A DNA stretch of 64,000 bases. Source: a virus. Below the pieces are notes generated by a model. It searched no databases and was not told the DNA's origin. It saw only the letters and a list, made by a program, of their open reading frames with translations. Every line of letters starts with the position of its first letter. The stretch's first letter is position 1. This document shows positions 30,098 through 39,799 of this stretch, piece after piece. Location of the stretch: positions 14,394-78,393 of the IMG/VR virus record IMGVR_UViG_3300033155_000498; one strand, given 5' to 3'. The translations under genes were made by a program, and so were the position numbers.

Positions 30098-30301
30098 TTA
30101 ACCGATTTTAATCATCCACGGTGAAGAACTTGTTGAATTTGATGCTCTTATTTCGGTTGGGACCGAAATAACGTTAGCGGAACCGTATTGTGCCGCGCAC
30201 ATCTGTTGAGCTGCAAAGCTAGACTCTGCATTAAATTGGACAGTATGTGGTACACGGGCGTTGCCGTTGCGTACATATACTTTGGCTTGAAAGGTTTTCA
30301 T
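30098..30301 (-). CDS. Hypothetical small protein
   Basis: ORF in early operon. Confidence 0.55.
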   Translation of the reverse strand: MKTFQAKVYVRNGNARVPHTVQFNAESSFAAQQMCAAQYGSANVISVPTEIRASNSTSSSPWMIKIG

Positions 30302-30305
30302 ATAC

Positions 30306-30527
30306 TTATTTATCGTAAACCAACCGGTCTACTGTGTCCTTTGTGAGCGTTGCAAATGTGCGTCTGGCTTTGTAAAAATATGCAGGTTTGGTAAACATTT
30401 TGATATCTGTTGTACCATCCTTGATATACCCAACCATATTCTCACCTTCAATTAAGTAGATGTGATTTGGAACCTTAGCTTCGCAATTCCAGGTTTTGGT
30501 TGTTTCTTTTAGAAAGACAATGCTCAT
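30306..30527 (-). CDS. Hypothetical small protein
   Basis: ORF; ATGA overlap. Confidence 0.55.
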   Translation of the reverse strand: MSIVFLKETTKTWNCEAKVPNHIYLIEGENMVGYIKDGTTDIKMFTKPAYFYKARRTFATLTKDTVDRLVYDK

Positions 30528-30859
30528 ACAATACCTTGTACTTCATTAAAACCAAATCCAGCTACACCGTATTGTACACCAGCGCCGTCAACAATAACAT
30601 CTCCAACGCTAATGGAATGCATTTTTGCAATACGGTTAATGTTTTCTTCTGGTCCCATGTTTCCCACGTGGAAAACATTTTCAAGGTCCGTAGCTTCAAT
30701 TTCTGCTACTTTTTCATAGAAGCCTTTAGCTTTATCAAATTCTTCTATTTTGCAATCGTGATATGCTTTAAACTTTGGATGGGTATATGGATCTTCCATA
30801 CCGTTAATTACATCACGTTCTAATTTAGTAAGTCTAATTTGGTAAATGCTGTATTTCAT
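30524..30859 (-). CDS. YodL-like protein
   Basis: YSIYQI, YEKVAEI..DLE.VF..N, HSISVGDVIV. Confidence 0.6.
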   Translation of the reverse strand: MKYSIYQIRLTKLERDVINGMEDPYTHPKFKAYHDCKIEEFDKAKGFYEKVAEIEATDLENVFHVGNMGPEENINRIAKMHSISVGDVIVDGAGVQYGVAGFGFNEVQGIV

Positions 30860-30880
30860 AATTTTGACCTTTCTTTAATT

Positions 30881-30920
30881 TATGTACTAATTATAGTTTC
30901 TTTTGCCCAAAAGGTCAACC
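30881..30920 (-). promoter_or_regulatory. Early promoter
   Basis: GGTTGACC-17-TATAATTAGTACATA. Confidence 0.75.
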
Positions 30921-30942
30921 AAAATGCTAAATTTATTTGCAT

Positions 30943-31128
30943 CTATATAAATCAATGACTTACATTAAACCGCCTGTTTAATGTGGTTTTAAGCTGTTTA
31001 AGCGGTACTGTTACACATTATATCATTATATGCGCCGTTTTTCAGCGTTTTACTATATAAATCAACGACTTAGCGGTTTAAGTGAATAGGTTTACAGTTG
31101 GTTTAACTCTATATAAATCAATGACTTA
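30943..31128 (+). repeat. Three direct repeats CTATATAAATCAAYGACTTA, each matching the IHF consensus
   Basis: AATCAANNNNTTA cores at 30950, 31060 and 31116. Confidence 0.75.
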
Positions 31129-31147
31129 GTAAGCCTCCCAGTAAAAC

Positions 31148-31405
31148 CTATGCTTTATTTAATAACTTGTGTGTCATTAAGAATGCTGTCATTTGCGCTG
31201 GGGGTATTACTACAAACTCGCTGGCGTTGTGTATCTGTGGACTTGTCCACAGATACGGATAGATAATATCTACTTTGATCCGAATAGAATTGTATCTGCC
31301 AGGTTTTGCCAGTGCTAACACTTTATGGAGTTTTTCGTTGCGATATACGTGATCACCAATACTAATCGGAACGCCCATAAAATCAACATAATTATTCATA
31401 TGCAA
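31148..31405 (-). CDS. Hypothetical protein
   Basis: ORF behind early promoter. Confidence 0.55.
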   Translation of the reverse strand: MHMNNYVDFMGVPISIGDHVYRNEKLHKVLALAKPGRYNSIRIKVDIIYPYLWTSPQIHNASEFVVIPPAQMTAFLMTHKLLNKA

Positions 31406-31420
31406 AACCTCGCGATAAGT

Positions 31421-31460
31421 TATGTACTAATTATAGCAGGTATTCGCCAAAGGTCTACCT
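31421..31460 (-). promoter_or_regulatory. Early promoter
   Basis: GGTAGACC-16-TATAATTAGTACATA, near copy of the 30881 promoter. Confidence 0.7.
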
Positions 31461-31473
31461 TTATTTGCACCCA

Positions 31474-31502
31474 ATAAAAAGCCCGCATTGCGCGGGCTTT
31501 TA
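31474..31502 (-). terminator. Rho-independent terminator, probably bidirectional
   Basis: AAAAGCCCGC-ATTGC-GCGGGCTTTT. Confidence 0.85.
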
Positions 31503-31558
31503 GTATTTCCTTATGCGCTTAGTAGATAAGCGATAATTCCATATTTTACCAGGGGTGT

Positions 31559-31792
31559 TTAGCCAAGCACTTTAGCACGGCTTCCAGCTACGTCACGTGA
31601 AGACACGGAATACTTTCCGGCCTTAACACTAACGTTCAAACCTAACTGACGCAAATCAAAAACGCGAGCGGTTAAGTTCAAAATACCATAACGGTTAGCT
31701 GCTTGTGAAGCTGTAAGAGTACGGCCGGTACCACGTAAGTGGGTTTCCAAGAAACGTGATTGTCCCTTTACTTTATAATATGCCATTTTCAT
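31559..31792 (-). CDS. Small winged-HTH protein
   Basis: LTASQAANRYGILNLTARVFDLRQLG. Confidence 0.6.
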   Translation of the reverse strand: MKMAYYKVKGQSRFLETHLRGTGRTLTASQAANRYGILNLTARVFDLRQLGLNVSVKAGKYSVSSRDVAGSRAKVLG

Positions 31793-31843
31793 TTCCTCTA
31801 ATTTTCACTGAGAAGGTCTTACTCTTCACAATGTATGCTGGCT

Positions 31844-31872
31844 ATTTTACACTCATCGTTATAGACTGTCAA
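31844..31872 (-). promoter_or_regulatory. Sigma70-like promoter
   Basis: TTGACA-17-TAAAAT. Confidence 0.65.
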
Positions 31873-31897
31873 TAGTCAGTTTTGCCAGAAAAGCTAG

Positions 31898-32485
31898 TTA
31901 AGCTCTCTTTAGGATAACCTCGTCTGCTAGACCGTATGCTACAGATTCATCTGCTGTCATAAAATTGTCACGATCTGTATCTGCGTAGATAGTTTTATAA
32001 GGCTTTCCGGTTACAGTAACGTACACATCATTTAATGCTTTCTTCCAACGCAAGGTTTCATTAGTATGAATTTCCATATCAGATGCTTGACCTTTATAGC
32101 CAGCTAGAACCTGATGTATCATATGCGTACTATGTTTCAACATCATGCGCTTGCCTTTGGTACCACTTGCTGCTAACAATGATCCCATGCTACATGCCTC
32201 GCCAGCAACAATAGTCCTAACATCACACTTGATGAAGTTCATAGTGTCGATTACTGACATACCTGCTGTAACTGAGCCGCCTGGGCTGTTAATGTAAAAA
32301 AGGATTTCTGCATCTGGCGCTTCACTTTCCAAAAACAACATTTGAGCGACAATAACATTACAGCTATTATCGTCAACTACACCGTTAAGCATGATAATTC
32401 GTTCTTTGAGCAAGCGACTGTAGATATCATAACTACGTTCGCCGTTTGGTGTCTTTTCGATCACCATTGGTATTAATCCAGACAT
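31898..32485 (-). CDS. clpP: ATP-dependent Clp protease proteolytic subunit ClpP
   Basis: [28 protein letters not shown] (Ser), MIHQ (His), DRDNF (Asp); start MSGLIP with AGGAG. Confidence 0.95.
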   Translation of the reverse strand: MSGLIPMVIEKTPNGERSYDIYSRLLKERIIMLNGVVDDNSCNVIVAQMLFLESEAPDAEILFYINSPGGSVTAGMSVIDTMNFIKCDVRTIVAGEACSMGSLLAASGTKGKRMMLKHSTHMIHQVLAGYKGQASDMEIHTNETLRWKKALNDVYVTVTGKPYKTIYADTDRDNFMTADESVAYGLADEVILKRA

Positions 32486-32559
32486 ATAAACTCCTCTTTT
32501 AAGTATGAACACATAATAGCATAAATAGTAGAAAGAAAGCAATAGCAATTGGACCAATT

Positions 32560-34077
32560 ATGAGATTTAGAGAGTTTAACATATTAACCGAAGCACGTGG
32601 ATTAGCAAGTCGTACAATCGGTGACAAGTTTGAATCAGACGGCGCTGAGGATATGTCCTTTGAAGGAATTGCCTTCTACCCACAATCAGGTAAGTTTGAA
32701 ACCCCAGAAGAACTTGCAGACGAAATAGAAAATGCTGAATATGAATACGGTGCAATTATATGGTTGAACCAAGTACCCAAATCAGGTGGGTTTGGTGTTG
32801 TTAGCTTTGAAACAAAAAATGGCGGGGTTGTACACTACGGGCGTTTCTTTAAAATTATTAAAGCTATGCATGATCAAATGGCATGGACCAATAAGGATAT
32901 TCCAGGGTACAGTCTTGCAACTAAGTCTGGCGCTAAAGAAACCGCCGGAATGCAACCATCAGATGTGTTAACACAAACCGATAACCTTACTCCAGCATCT
33001 ATTGTTAAACAGATTGCCGTTAAGTTCGGTAAGAATAATCCACTAACTAAAGTGGCTGCTTCTGTTGCACGTGGTAAGAAATTTCCAATTACAATACTAA
33101 AACAAGAAGGCTTGAGTTTTGAAGCGTTCCGTGATTACTTCTGCGAAATGTTACACCCAATTGCATTAATGAAACACACTACCACCGGTAATGCTGTTGA
33201 AGCTGAAAAGCAATTCCTTCCAGGTAGTAGCTTTGCTGAATGTTCTATTAGTTTCAGCACTTCCAAAACAGAAGGATTAAGCGATAGCATCCTTGTTAAC
33301 CCAACTGGACAGAACGTTAAAGTTAGCAGTAAAGGTAAATCAGGCGGTGCCCAAGCAGGCGTTAAGAACCTAACAGATGCAATACACGAATTAAAGGATC
33401 CAAAGCTAGTAAGAAAACACAAAGACATTATTGAGCTTATTGATCGTATCACAACCGCTGGCGCAAAAGAAGCACCATCTGAACTTGCAATGCATTATAA
33501 AATGATTAACCAAAAGGAAGCAGGTTTAGTTACTAGATTGCAAACAATGGTTAATTCAGGACTAACACACAAGCAGGTCCTTAAGGGTGGTTACCTAACA
33601 AAACGTTTACAAAAGATTTACGCGAACCGTAATGCAAAGGATCCATCTAAAGTAAATCCACATGCACACATGGTTGCTGCGCTTGCTTTCTTAGTAAGCG
33701 ATTATATTAACAGCAAGACTACATTTGGTAAGTCCGCTGCTAATATACTTAATAATGCTGGCTTAGTTACTGTTGATACTAAAGCTAAGGAAACAGCTAA
33801 AGAATGGATACTTGAAGATTTTGTATCTAAATTCCCAGGCGATTCTATTACAGGTGTGTTGTTATCAGCACAAAAGAACTACGCGAGTACTACGTTCCGC
33901 GGTAACTTTACATTTAAGATACTTAAGAACAATGCTGATCCAAAGGCGTTTGCTGATGTTAAAATGGATAAGGCTCCGGACGTTAAGAAGAAACCTAAAA
34001 AGAAAAAGTTATCTGCTGCTAGTGGTGGTACTAAGAAACCTGCTAAGAAAGGCACTACACAAAGAAGTAAACGTTAA
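32560..34077 (+). CDS. Putative head-packaged protein, possible PD-(D/E)xK-like fold
   Basis: MRFREFNILTEA N-terminus; YFCE..SDS..VSSKG pattern; Lys-rich tail; TAAATA upstream. Confidence 0.55.
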   Translation: MRFREFNILTEARGLASRTIGDKFESDGAEDMSFEGIAFYPQSGKFETPEELADEIENAEYEYGAIIWLNQVPKSGGFGVVSFETKNGGVVHYGRFFKIIKAMHDQMAWTNKDIPGYSLATKSGAKETAGMQPSDVLTQTDNLTPASIVKQIAVKFGKNNPLTKVAASVARGKKFPITILKQEGLSFEAFRDYFCEMLHPIALMKHTTTGNAVEAEKQFLPGSSFAECSISFSTSKTEGLSDSILVNPTGQNVKVSSKGKSGGAQAGVKNLTDAIHELKDPKLVRKHKDIIELIDRITTAGAKEAPSELAMHYKMINQKEAGLVTRLQTMVNSGLTHKQVLKGGYLTKRLQKIYANRNAKDPSKVNPHAHMVAALAFLVSDYINSKTTFGKSAANILNNAGLVTVDTKAKETAKEWILEDFVSKFPGDSITGVLLSAQKNYASTTFRGNFTFKILKNNADPKAFADVKMDKAPDVKKKPKKKKLSAASGGTKKPAKKGTTQRSKR

Positions 34078-34322
34078 CTACAATATTCGTGTGCTAATTC
34101 GTTTATTAGATCATCACACTGCTCGTTAAGCTCATCCATTTGTTCATCCGGCACAACCGTACCATCATTGAATTCTGCATACCCAATAAAAGCGTCACAG
34201 AAGTCTGGATAGTCGTTCATGTTAACATCTTCAATTTCAAAAGTGCTTTCATTGACATTGTTAATATCAAATGGAATTCTCTTTAATGCTTCGAATGTAT
34301 CTTCTGCTGTATAGTCTGTCAT
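34074..34322 (-). CDS. Hypothetical acidic protein
   Basis: DYPDFCDAFI motif; SD GGAG. Confidence 0.55.
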   Translation of the reverse strand: MTDYTAEDTFEALKRIPFDINNVNESTFEIEDVNMNDYPDFCDAFIGYAEFNDGTVVPDEQMDELNEQCDDLINELAHEYCS

Positions 34323-34583
34323 GGTATTCTCTCCAGTTGGAAAGGACCTTATCAGTCCTTTCCAGTGGGATTGTAAATCTCTATAGGGCTATTGTCATCC
34401 CCTCTTAGTTCTTAATGAGTATTTAAAGTTTTAGTTAGGGGAATCTCGAATATTTGGAATATTATTATTCATAGCATAACTCCTTTGTTGAGGGTAACCG
34501 TCATACCTTGCAGAGCGTACAAGGATGAGCGGGTTCTACTTTCTATTATCTCTTAGTTTATTGTTTTAAAGGCCTTTATCAGC

Positions 34584-34952
34584 TTATTGCATCTGTGCCT
34601 GCCGGCTCCTATCACACCCGTGAATTCTTTCGTACTGTTCAATATTACTTAGTGCCTGTTCATAATATGAACAAGTTTTTTCTTTGTTCTTTACGTACAT
34701 CTTTGAGATTAAGTATTGCTCCTCACGCAAGAGTTCGCTTTCGCCACAGTTTTCTAATGGCTCTACATTCAAAGTCGTAAAGTTAGGATCGACTAATCCT
34801 GATCTACTTTTATAGGTTGGATCTTTGAAGTTTAATATAAGCGATCCTGCTATATACGAGAAACTTCCGTTTTCGAGATGCTTTTTCATAATCGGAATAG
34901 AGAGCGTTGCTCGTTCAAGTCGACGAATTGGATCAATAAGTTCTTTACTCAT
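34584..34952 (-). CDS. Hypothetical protein
   Basis: ORF; likely start MSKELI. Confidence 0.5.
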   Translation of the reverse strand: MSKELIDPIRRLERATLSIPIMKKHLENGSFSYIAGSLILNFKDPTYKSRSGLVDPNFTTLNVEPLENCGESELLREEQYLISKMYVKNKEKTCSYYEQALSNIEQYERIHGCDRSRQAQMQ

Positions 34953-34956
34953 AATC

Positions 34957-35601
34957 TTATCTTCCTTTCCAACCCTTAAGGGCGGCAAATGTTAGTAATT
35001 GAACATGCTCATCGTTTGGCATTGTAAACGTTTCCGTTATACTGTCAAACTTAAATTCTTTAGATTTATCGGTTAGGTCATCGCCTGTGATTGCCCAAAC
35101 ATTATGATTGGTCCAGCGTGTAATACGACCGATGCCTAATCTTTTACCTGGCATAACACCAATAACCCAATCACCTTTTTGAAGTTCCTGCATGTACTTG
35201 TTAACAGGATTCGTAACTTCTACTTTCTCGTGCGTTTCAGTATTGCGAATGTATTCAGTTTGGTGCTGGCCAACAAGTGCTTTTGTATACGAAGCGTTAA
35301 TACGACCTTTTTGTTTGCGTCCATCCACTTTATATATAAAAGTGCCACCATATGTTATGATCTGGTTTGCTTTATGGTACTTAGTTTCATCATCGTACGT
35401 GTCAACTTCTATATCTACTACTCTAGCAATAGTGCCTTTAGTTGCAGTAGACGTGATTTCAATAAAAGTATCTTCTGGAACGACAATGTCGCCAACTTTA
35501 ATAAGTGTATCCACGAAGCCTTTTTTGCCCTGCCAATCTGTAGTCTCTCTTGTTCTAGCTTCAACACCAGAACAACTTTTTAAAATAGTACTTAATGACA
35601 T
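34957..35601 (-). CDS. Hypothetical protein
   Basis: ORF; likely start MSLSTIL with AAGGA. Confidence 0.55.
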   Translation of the reverse strand: MSLSTILKSCSGVEARTRETTDWQGKKGFVDTLIKVGDIVVPEDTFIEITSTATKGTIARVVDIEVDTYDDETKYHKANQIITYGGTFIYKVDGRKQKGRINASYTKALVGQHQTEYIRNTETHEKVEVTNPVNKYMQELQKGDWVIGVMPGKRLGIGRITRWTNHNVWAITGDDLTDKSKEFKFDSITETFTMPNDEHVQLLTFAALKGWKGR

Positions 35602-35843
35602 TATGTTTTCCTTGTTAATCCTAATACTGTTTGGTATTTGTCCCACGCATCTTTAAGAGTAGGGTTTCTATCGCGGAGACGAAGTTCTTCAAGTTCTAGA
35701 TGTATTGCATCTTTTTCAGCATCCGCTACCTTCTTCCTTAATTTAAGAATTGTTTGGCCAATATCATTAAGGGCGCCGCCTGTGATAGTATACGTCTTTT
35801 CGTCGTATACTCTTTTTGGATCAAAAGTGGAGTCCTTAGGCAT
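35601..35843 (-). CDS. Hypothetical protein
   Basis: ELRLRDRNPTLKDAWDKY. Confidence 0.55.
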   Translation of the reverse strand: MPKDSTFDPKRVYDEKTYTITGGALNDIGQTILKLRKKVADAEKDAIHLELEELRLRDRNPTLKDAWDKYQTVLGLTRKT

Positions 35844-36271
35844 TAGTCTTTAACCGCCTTCAAGAAAGCGTATGCCTTGTGATACTTCGTAATACGATCG
35901 TGATCCTTAGGACGGAGACCCTTAAGACGATGTGCATCACTGTTATGACGTAAGTCAGCCATCTTAATTGCACGGGCAATTGGACTAACTGAAATCCGCA
36001 TAATGTAATCATCGTAACTTTCACCCTTTCGATGTGTAAGTAGAACAATTATATTAACCGTATGCGGATTAAAGCCTGTTTCGATTAGCTTCTCTGCTGT
36101 CCAGGTTGTGTCTTCAATTAGGTCGTGTAGCACCGCGGCAATCATTGCTTCAACGCCAAGATGCCTTACCTTATACATCACATGTAAGCAATGCATAATA
36201 TATGGAGTGCCACCCTTATCAAACACATTTGTGAATGCTGTGGCTGCGATTGCGATTGCTTTATCTAACAT
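35843..36271 (-). CDS. HD-domain (p)ppGpp hydrolase-like protein (Mesh1/SpoT-type small alarmone hydrolase)
   Basis: DKGGTPYIMH, AVLHDLIEDT, IKMADLRHN. Confidence 0.8.
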   Translation of the reverse strand: MLDKAIAIAATAFTNVFDKGGTPYIMHCLHVMYKVRHLGVEAMIAAVLHDLIEDTTWTAEKLIETGFNPHTVNIIVLLTHRKGESYDDYIMRISVSPIARAIKMADLRHNSDAHRLKGLRPKDHDRITKYHKAYAFLKAVKD

Positions 36272-36518
36272 TTTCTGTTTCCTTAATTTTGTTCACTGTC
36301 ATTATCTTAATAGCTTCCCTAACTTCATCAATATCTAAATTGAATGCTGTCGCTAGGGTTGCGGCATAGGTATGAAAACTAATACTTTCCATTGGTTTCT
36401 CTTTACCCATTGACGTATTTCTTTGAATCTCTTGAGCTGCTGCTTCAGCAATACGTTCAGCTGCAAATGTAAAATTCACATACGTGTCTGCACCAATTAT
36501 TAACTTATTCGATGTCAT
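36261..36518 (-). CDS. Hypothetical protein
   Basis: ORF in operon. Confidence 0.5.
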   Translation of the reverse strand: MTSNKLIIGADTYVNFTFAAERIAEAAAQEIQRNTSMGKEKPMESISFHTYAATLATAFNLDIDEVREAIKIMTVNKIKETENVR

Positions 36519-37170
36519 GGATCATTTTCCTCATCTGTTTTCTGCTGCGCTTTGTTTTAATACGGTCATCGTCCGTTTGCATCATGCTTAATACTTTGCG
36601 GCACAACTCGTAATTTGATTTAACACGTGGATCACTTATAAGATCTACGTTCGGATCTTTCCTGTCAGGATCATCATAGCATCCATAATACCCATTTACA
36701 AGTGGCAGGTACCAATGTATTAACTCTCGTATTCCAGCGCGCCAATCTGGATGAATGCTTTCTGGGTTGTCTGCTGCCTTGCCCATCGCACAATAATCCC
36801 AGCTTAATGGATACATGGAGGTAAATGACATTCTACAATTTGTGTGGTGAATGTCCTGGCACAGATAATCAATATGCTTCTCTGTAAAGTCACGCACAAC
36901 ACCTTCGTACTCCAGTCGGATCTTTTCGCTCTCTTCCATTACGTCAGAACATTTAGCAAAATTGTATGGCTCGGGCGGATCAATGTGTTCTGGCATTACT
37001 TCGTCTGCTTCCCACGGGTTAACAAGTTTACCATCTACCCATGTGCAAGCGTTACCATTAACTGCAAACAGGTGATGTAGACATTCTAAACGCGAAGGGA
37101 AAATGCTTGGATGGGCAAGCATCATACGCTTAACCTCTAGATCCAAACTGTTTAGTTCTTCACTTTGCAT
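36505..37170 (-). CDS. Hypothetical protein
   Basis: ORF in operon. Confidence 0.55.
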   Translation of the reverse strand: MQSEELNSLDLEVKRMMLAHPSIFPSRLECLHHLFAVNGNACTWVDGKLVNPWEADEVMPEHIDPPEPYNFAKCSDVMEESEKIRLEYEGVVRDFTEKHIDYLCQDIHHTNCRMSFTSMYPLSWDYCAMGKAADNPESIHPDWRAGIRELIHWYLPLVNGYYGCYDDPDRKDPNVDLISDPRVKSNYELCRKVLSMMQTDDDRIKTKRSRKQMRKMIHDIE

Positions 37171-37603
37171 TACTTGATCCTTGCTTAAGGTTTTTCAGTA
37201 CCAAGTTCTTTGGAATGTCGCGGAGTTCTTTTCCTACAAATATTGATATTATATAAAAGAACGCTAGTACATAATGACCAAACCAAATAAACACACATGT
37301 CACGCATAAATCATACATTAAGTCGATTGGAAATGGTATCACTGATTTTGGCATTTCCCTAGCCAACTTTTCCTTTATCTTACCTTTATCTTCATTAGCT
37401 TCAGCACCATCAACCATTAAAGCGACCATAAACAAAAGACTAATTACTGCCGTAACCCAACCCATAAACAAGGCAATGTTCTTTGCGCCTTCTATAGGCT
37501 CTTCAACTATAAAGCCATAATACAGAGCGGCTGCAAAGATGCTATTAATTACAATATATCTTAGACCGCGATATACTGGATGATTTGATATAGTTTTCCA
37601 CAT
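37160..37603 (-). CDS. Membrane protein
   Basis: Several TM segments; likely start MWKTIS. Confidence 0.55.
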   Translation of the reverse strand: MWKTISNHPVYRGLRYIVINSIFAAALYYGFIVEEPIEGAKNIALFMGWVTAVISLLFMVALMVDGAEANEDKGKIKEKLAREMPKSVIPFPIDLMYDLCVTCVFIWFGHYVLAFFYIISIFVGKELRDIPKNLVLKNLKQGSSNAK

Positions 37604-37806
37604 TATACGAATACTCCTAACTTGTCTGCCCAAAAATAAACTTGGAACAGAGCTGATGGATACCAAATTAAAAAGTGGCCCGGAGAGCAGATGCCCGGAA
37701 TGAGATACGGTAAGGTCATGTCGTTACCAAGTATCAAACCCATGAACTTGATCGTTGCTGTAATAACCATTACGGCTGTAAAAATAAATAGTATTTCAAT
37801 TATCAT
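37603..37806 (-). CDS. Small membrane protein
   Basis: Hydrophobic ORF. Confidence 0.5.
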   Translation of the reverse strand: MIIEILFIFTAVMVITATIKFMGLILGNDMTLPYLIPGICSPGHFLIWYPSALFQVYFWADKLGVFV

Positions 37807-38264
37807 GCTGCTTGCTCCATATCTGTTGTGTCATTATACACATATTCTTGGATTAAATCATCCACTGTTTTACCAATTTGCATCGCATATCGGGCAACAA
37901 TAAAACCGTTCTTTATTAAGTTCGCTTTCTTTTTAGCTGCATCACGTGCCGGCTTCTCAAGAAGGTTTTGCAGTAATTCATCGTAGTGTTCGAAAAACTC
38001 TTCTAGCGACAGATCTGCTTTTAATGTATTGCACCTGCTACATGCACAAACACCATTTTCCATTGTAACTTTACCGCCCTGGCAATCCGGTACAACATGA
38101 TCGAATGTTGCCATTAAAGGCCTGTGCGCTATATAGAATCCTTTTGATACTTCGCTACGTAAAAACATGTCTGGTGTTCCGCAGTATCCACATAGACCAT
38201 TTTGGCGTTGATACAGGCGGATTACCCTTTCTTGTGTGTAACCCGCTATCCATTCCTTTCTCAT
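37803..38264 (-). CDS. HNH endonuclease
   Basis: CGYC...ATFDHVVP..GG...NGVCACSRCNTLK. Confidence 0.85.
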   Translation of the reverse strand: MRKEWIAGYTQERVIRLYQRQNGLCGYCGTPDMFLRSEVSKGFYIAHRPLMATFDHVVPDCQGGKVTMENGVCACSRCNTLKADLSLEEFFEHYDELLQNLLEKPARDAAKKKANLIKNGFIVARYAMQIGKTVDDLIQEYVYNDTTDMEQAA

Positions 38265-38581
38265 TATATCGATTCTCCGGCTGCGTCTTCATGCATACCT
38301 TCAATTTCGTTTCGTAAGCGTTCAATCTCTTTTGCTGCTTCGTTGCTCAGATTTTTTTCAATAATTTGAACGGTGAGCGGATCAGTATCGGCAGCGTCTT
38401 TTATGCAGTGCAAAAGATATTCGCGTGATTCCAATTGTGCCCGGAGGCGCTCAATTTCTTTTGCTGCTTCTTCGCAATAAGAAGGGTGCCAATGGTCGCC
38501 ACAGATGTTGGTTTTACCGTCGGCAATATCCCTAAGAATTTCTGTAATGTCAGGATTGTATATTTTCTGTTTCATTTGCAT
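38264..38581 (-). CDS. Hypothetical protein with duplicated EAAKEIERLR
   Basis: Internal repeat. Confidence 0.55.
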   Translation of the reverse strand: MQMKQKIYNPDITEILRDIADGKTNICGDHWHPSYCEEAAKEIERLRAQLESREYLLHCIKDAADTDPLTVQIIEKNLSNEAAKEIERLRNEIEGMHEDAAGESI

Positions 38582-38867
38582 CTTCCTGGGCCATCTCCGT
38601 TGTCAGCTGTATTAGATCTTCGTCTGTTACACCTTCAAACATAGTCGGTGAAAACTTTTTGTAGTACACAATAGCCGAACCAATTGTATGATTAAGAAGT
38701 TTGCTTGCTACACGTTGTTTGACATACTTCTTAATTTTATTAATCCGTTTTGTTTTTGCTGCCTTACGTGCTGCATGTAGTTTTGGCAGACGGAATATAT
38801 AATAACACGACATCCATCCTGCGCCAAATCCAAACAGTGCGCCAATTATAAGTGGTGTGTGATCCAT
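38550..38867 (-). CDS. Hypothetical protein with N-terminal TM
   Basis: ORF. Confidence 0.5.
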   Translation of the reverse strand: MDHTPLIIGALFGFGAGWMSCYYIFRLPKLHAARKAAKTKRINKIKKYVKQRVASKLLNHTIGSAIVYYKKFSPTMFEGVTDEDLIQLTTEMAQEDANETENIQS

Positions 38868-39358
38868 TATATCGTATCCTTCTTGCCATTAATGATAACG
38901 AAACGGTGCGCGCCTTCTGCGCTCGATGAGTTATCGTAATAATAATTTACTGTGCCTGTGTTGGTTGCCACACCTTCAATTAACACGTCAGCACCAAGCA
39001 CAATGTCTTCATGATAACGAGTATAAACATATTTGTACACGAACGTCATCTTGCCCCAGTACACTTTCTCGCCTATCTTCTCTTCAATGTCACGCATTGC
39101 ATTAGCAATCGTCCTGCGACGCTGTGGCATGAACTTATGTAATTCTTCTATACCATCTTCCCACTTACTATATGTTTTGCCTGGACCTGCCCTAACGGCT
39201 TTTACAGGTTGGAATGATGCCCGCGGTAGATTCAGTGCGCGTTGTATCCTAAGATACTTTGCTTGGTTTGTTTTGCCATCGGCATATACTCTAACAGTAG
39301 GATCAGTAATACCTTTAAGTGTATCCCATGTATCTTGCTGTTCTGCTACTAGGCTCAT
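38867..39358 (-). CDS. Hypothetical protein
   Basis: ORF in operon. Confidence 0.55.
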   Translation of the reverse strand: MSLVAEQQDTWDTLKGITDPTVRVYADGKTNQAKYLRIQRALNLPRASFQPVKAVRAGPGKTYSKWEDGIEELHKFMPQRRRTIANAMRDIEEKIGEKVYWGKMTFVYKYVYTRYHEDIVLGADVLIEGVATNTGTVNYYYDNSSSAEGAHRFVIINGKKDTI

Positions 39359-39597
39359 TTCACTTCCTCTGCGCTAACCAGGACACGTTCCTGCTCGCCC
39401 GGTTTAAGTGTATCGTTAAAATAGTCAATTACCATCTGAGCATATTCTCTAGCGGGTAAACCTTTTGGCGCGCCAGCTATGCAACCACAACTGGTATCAA
39501 ACTCTTCTTCCCAGGTGTCTTTCCACGTTTTATCATTTTGTAAACGTTTGAAAGTTATGTATGCATCACAGAACTGTACTGTCATTTTAACTAGCAT
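39355..39597 (-). CDS. Hypothetical protein
   Basis: ORF in operon. Confidence 0.5.
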   Translation of the reverse strand: MLVKMTVQFCDAYITFKRLQNDKTWKDTWEEEFDTSCGCIAGAPKGLPAREYAQMVIDYFNDTLKPGEQERVLVSAEEVK

Positions 39598-39799
39598 TTG
39601 ATAACCTCTTAAATACTTTCTGGTAATTTAATCCTTCATCAAATCCTTCAAACCAAGCCTTGGATTCTGCTGCATCACGCTCCACGGTAGCTGGGTAACG
39701 AATTCGGTCTGTACAACGATATGGTCCACCCGGACGATAATTCTCGTTCCAGGTCTTACCAGTCATGTATCCGTCTTTGAAAGAGTTACGTTTGTCCAT
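39587..39799 (-). CDS. Hypothetical protein
   Basis: ORF in operon. Confidence 0.5.
   Translation of the reverse strand: MDKRNSFKDGYMTGKTWNENYRPGGPYRCTDRIRYPATVERDAAESKAWFEGFDEGLNYQKVFKRLSNAS

Noticed and set aside
30943-31128. Possible CRISPR mini-array from 20-bp direct repeats
   Set aside because: Irregular periods (110 and 56 bp), short non-palindromic repeat, no cas genes; better explained as protein-binding sites
34338-34364. Possible hammerhead ribozyme or tRNA (CTGATAAG loop)
   Set aside because: No CUGAnGA plus GAAA three-stem core and no cloverleaf or T-loop visible
37803-38264. HNH gene as an intron-encoded mobile element
   Set aside because: Free-standing in an operon with overlapping neighbours; no interrupted host gene evident
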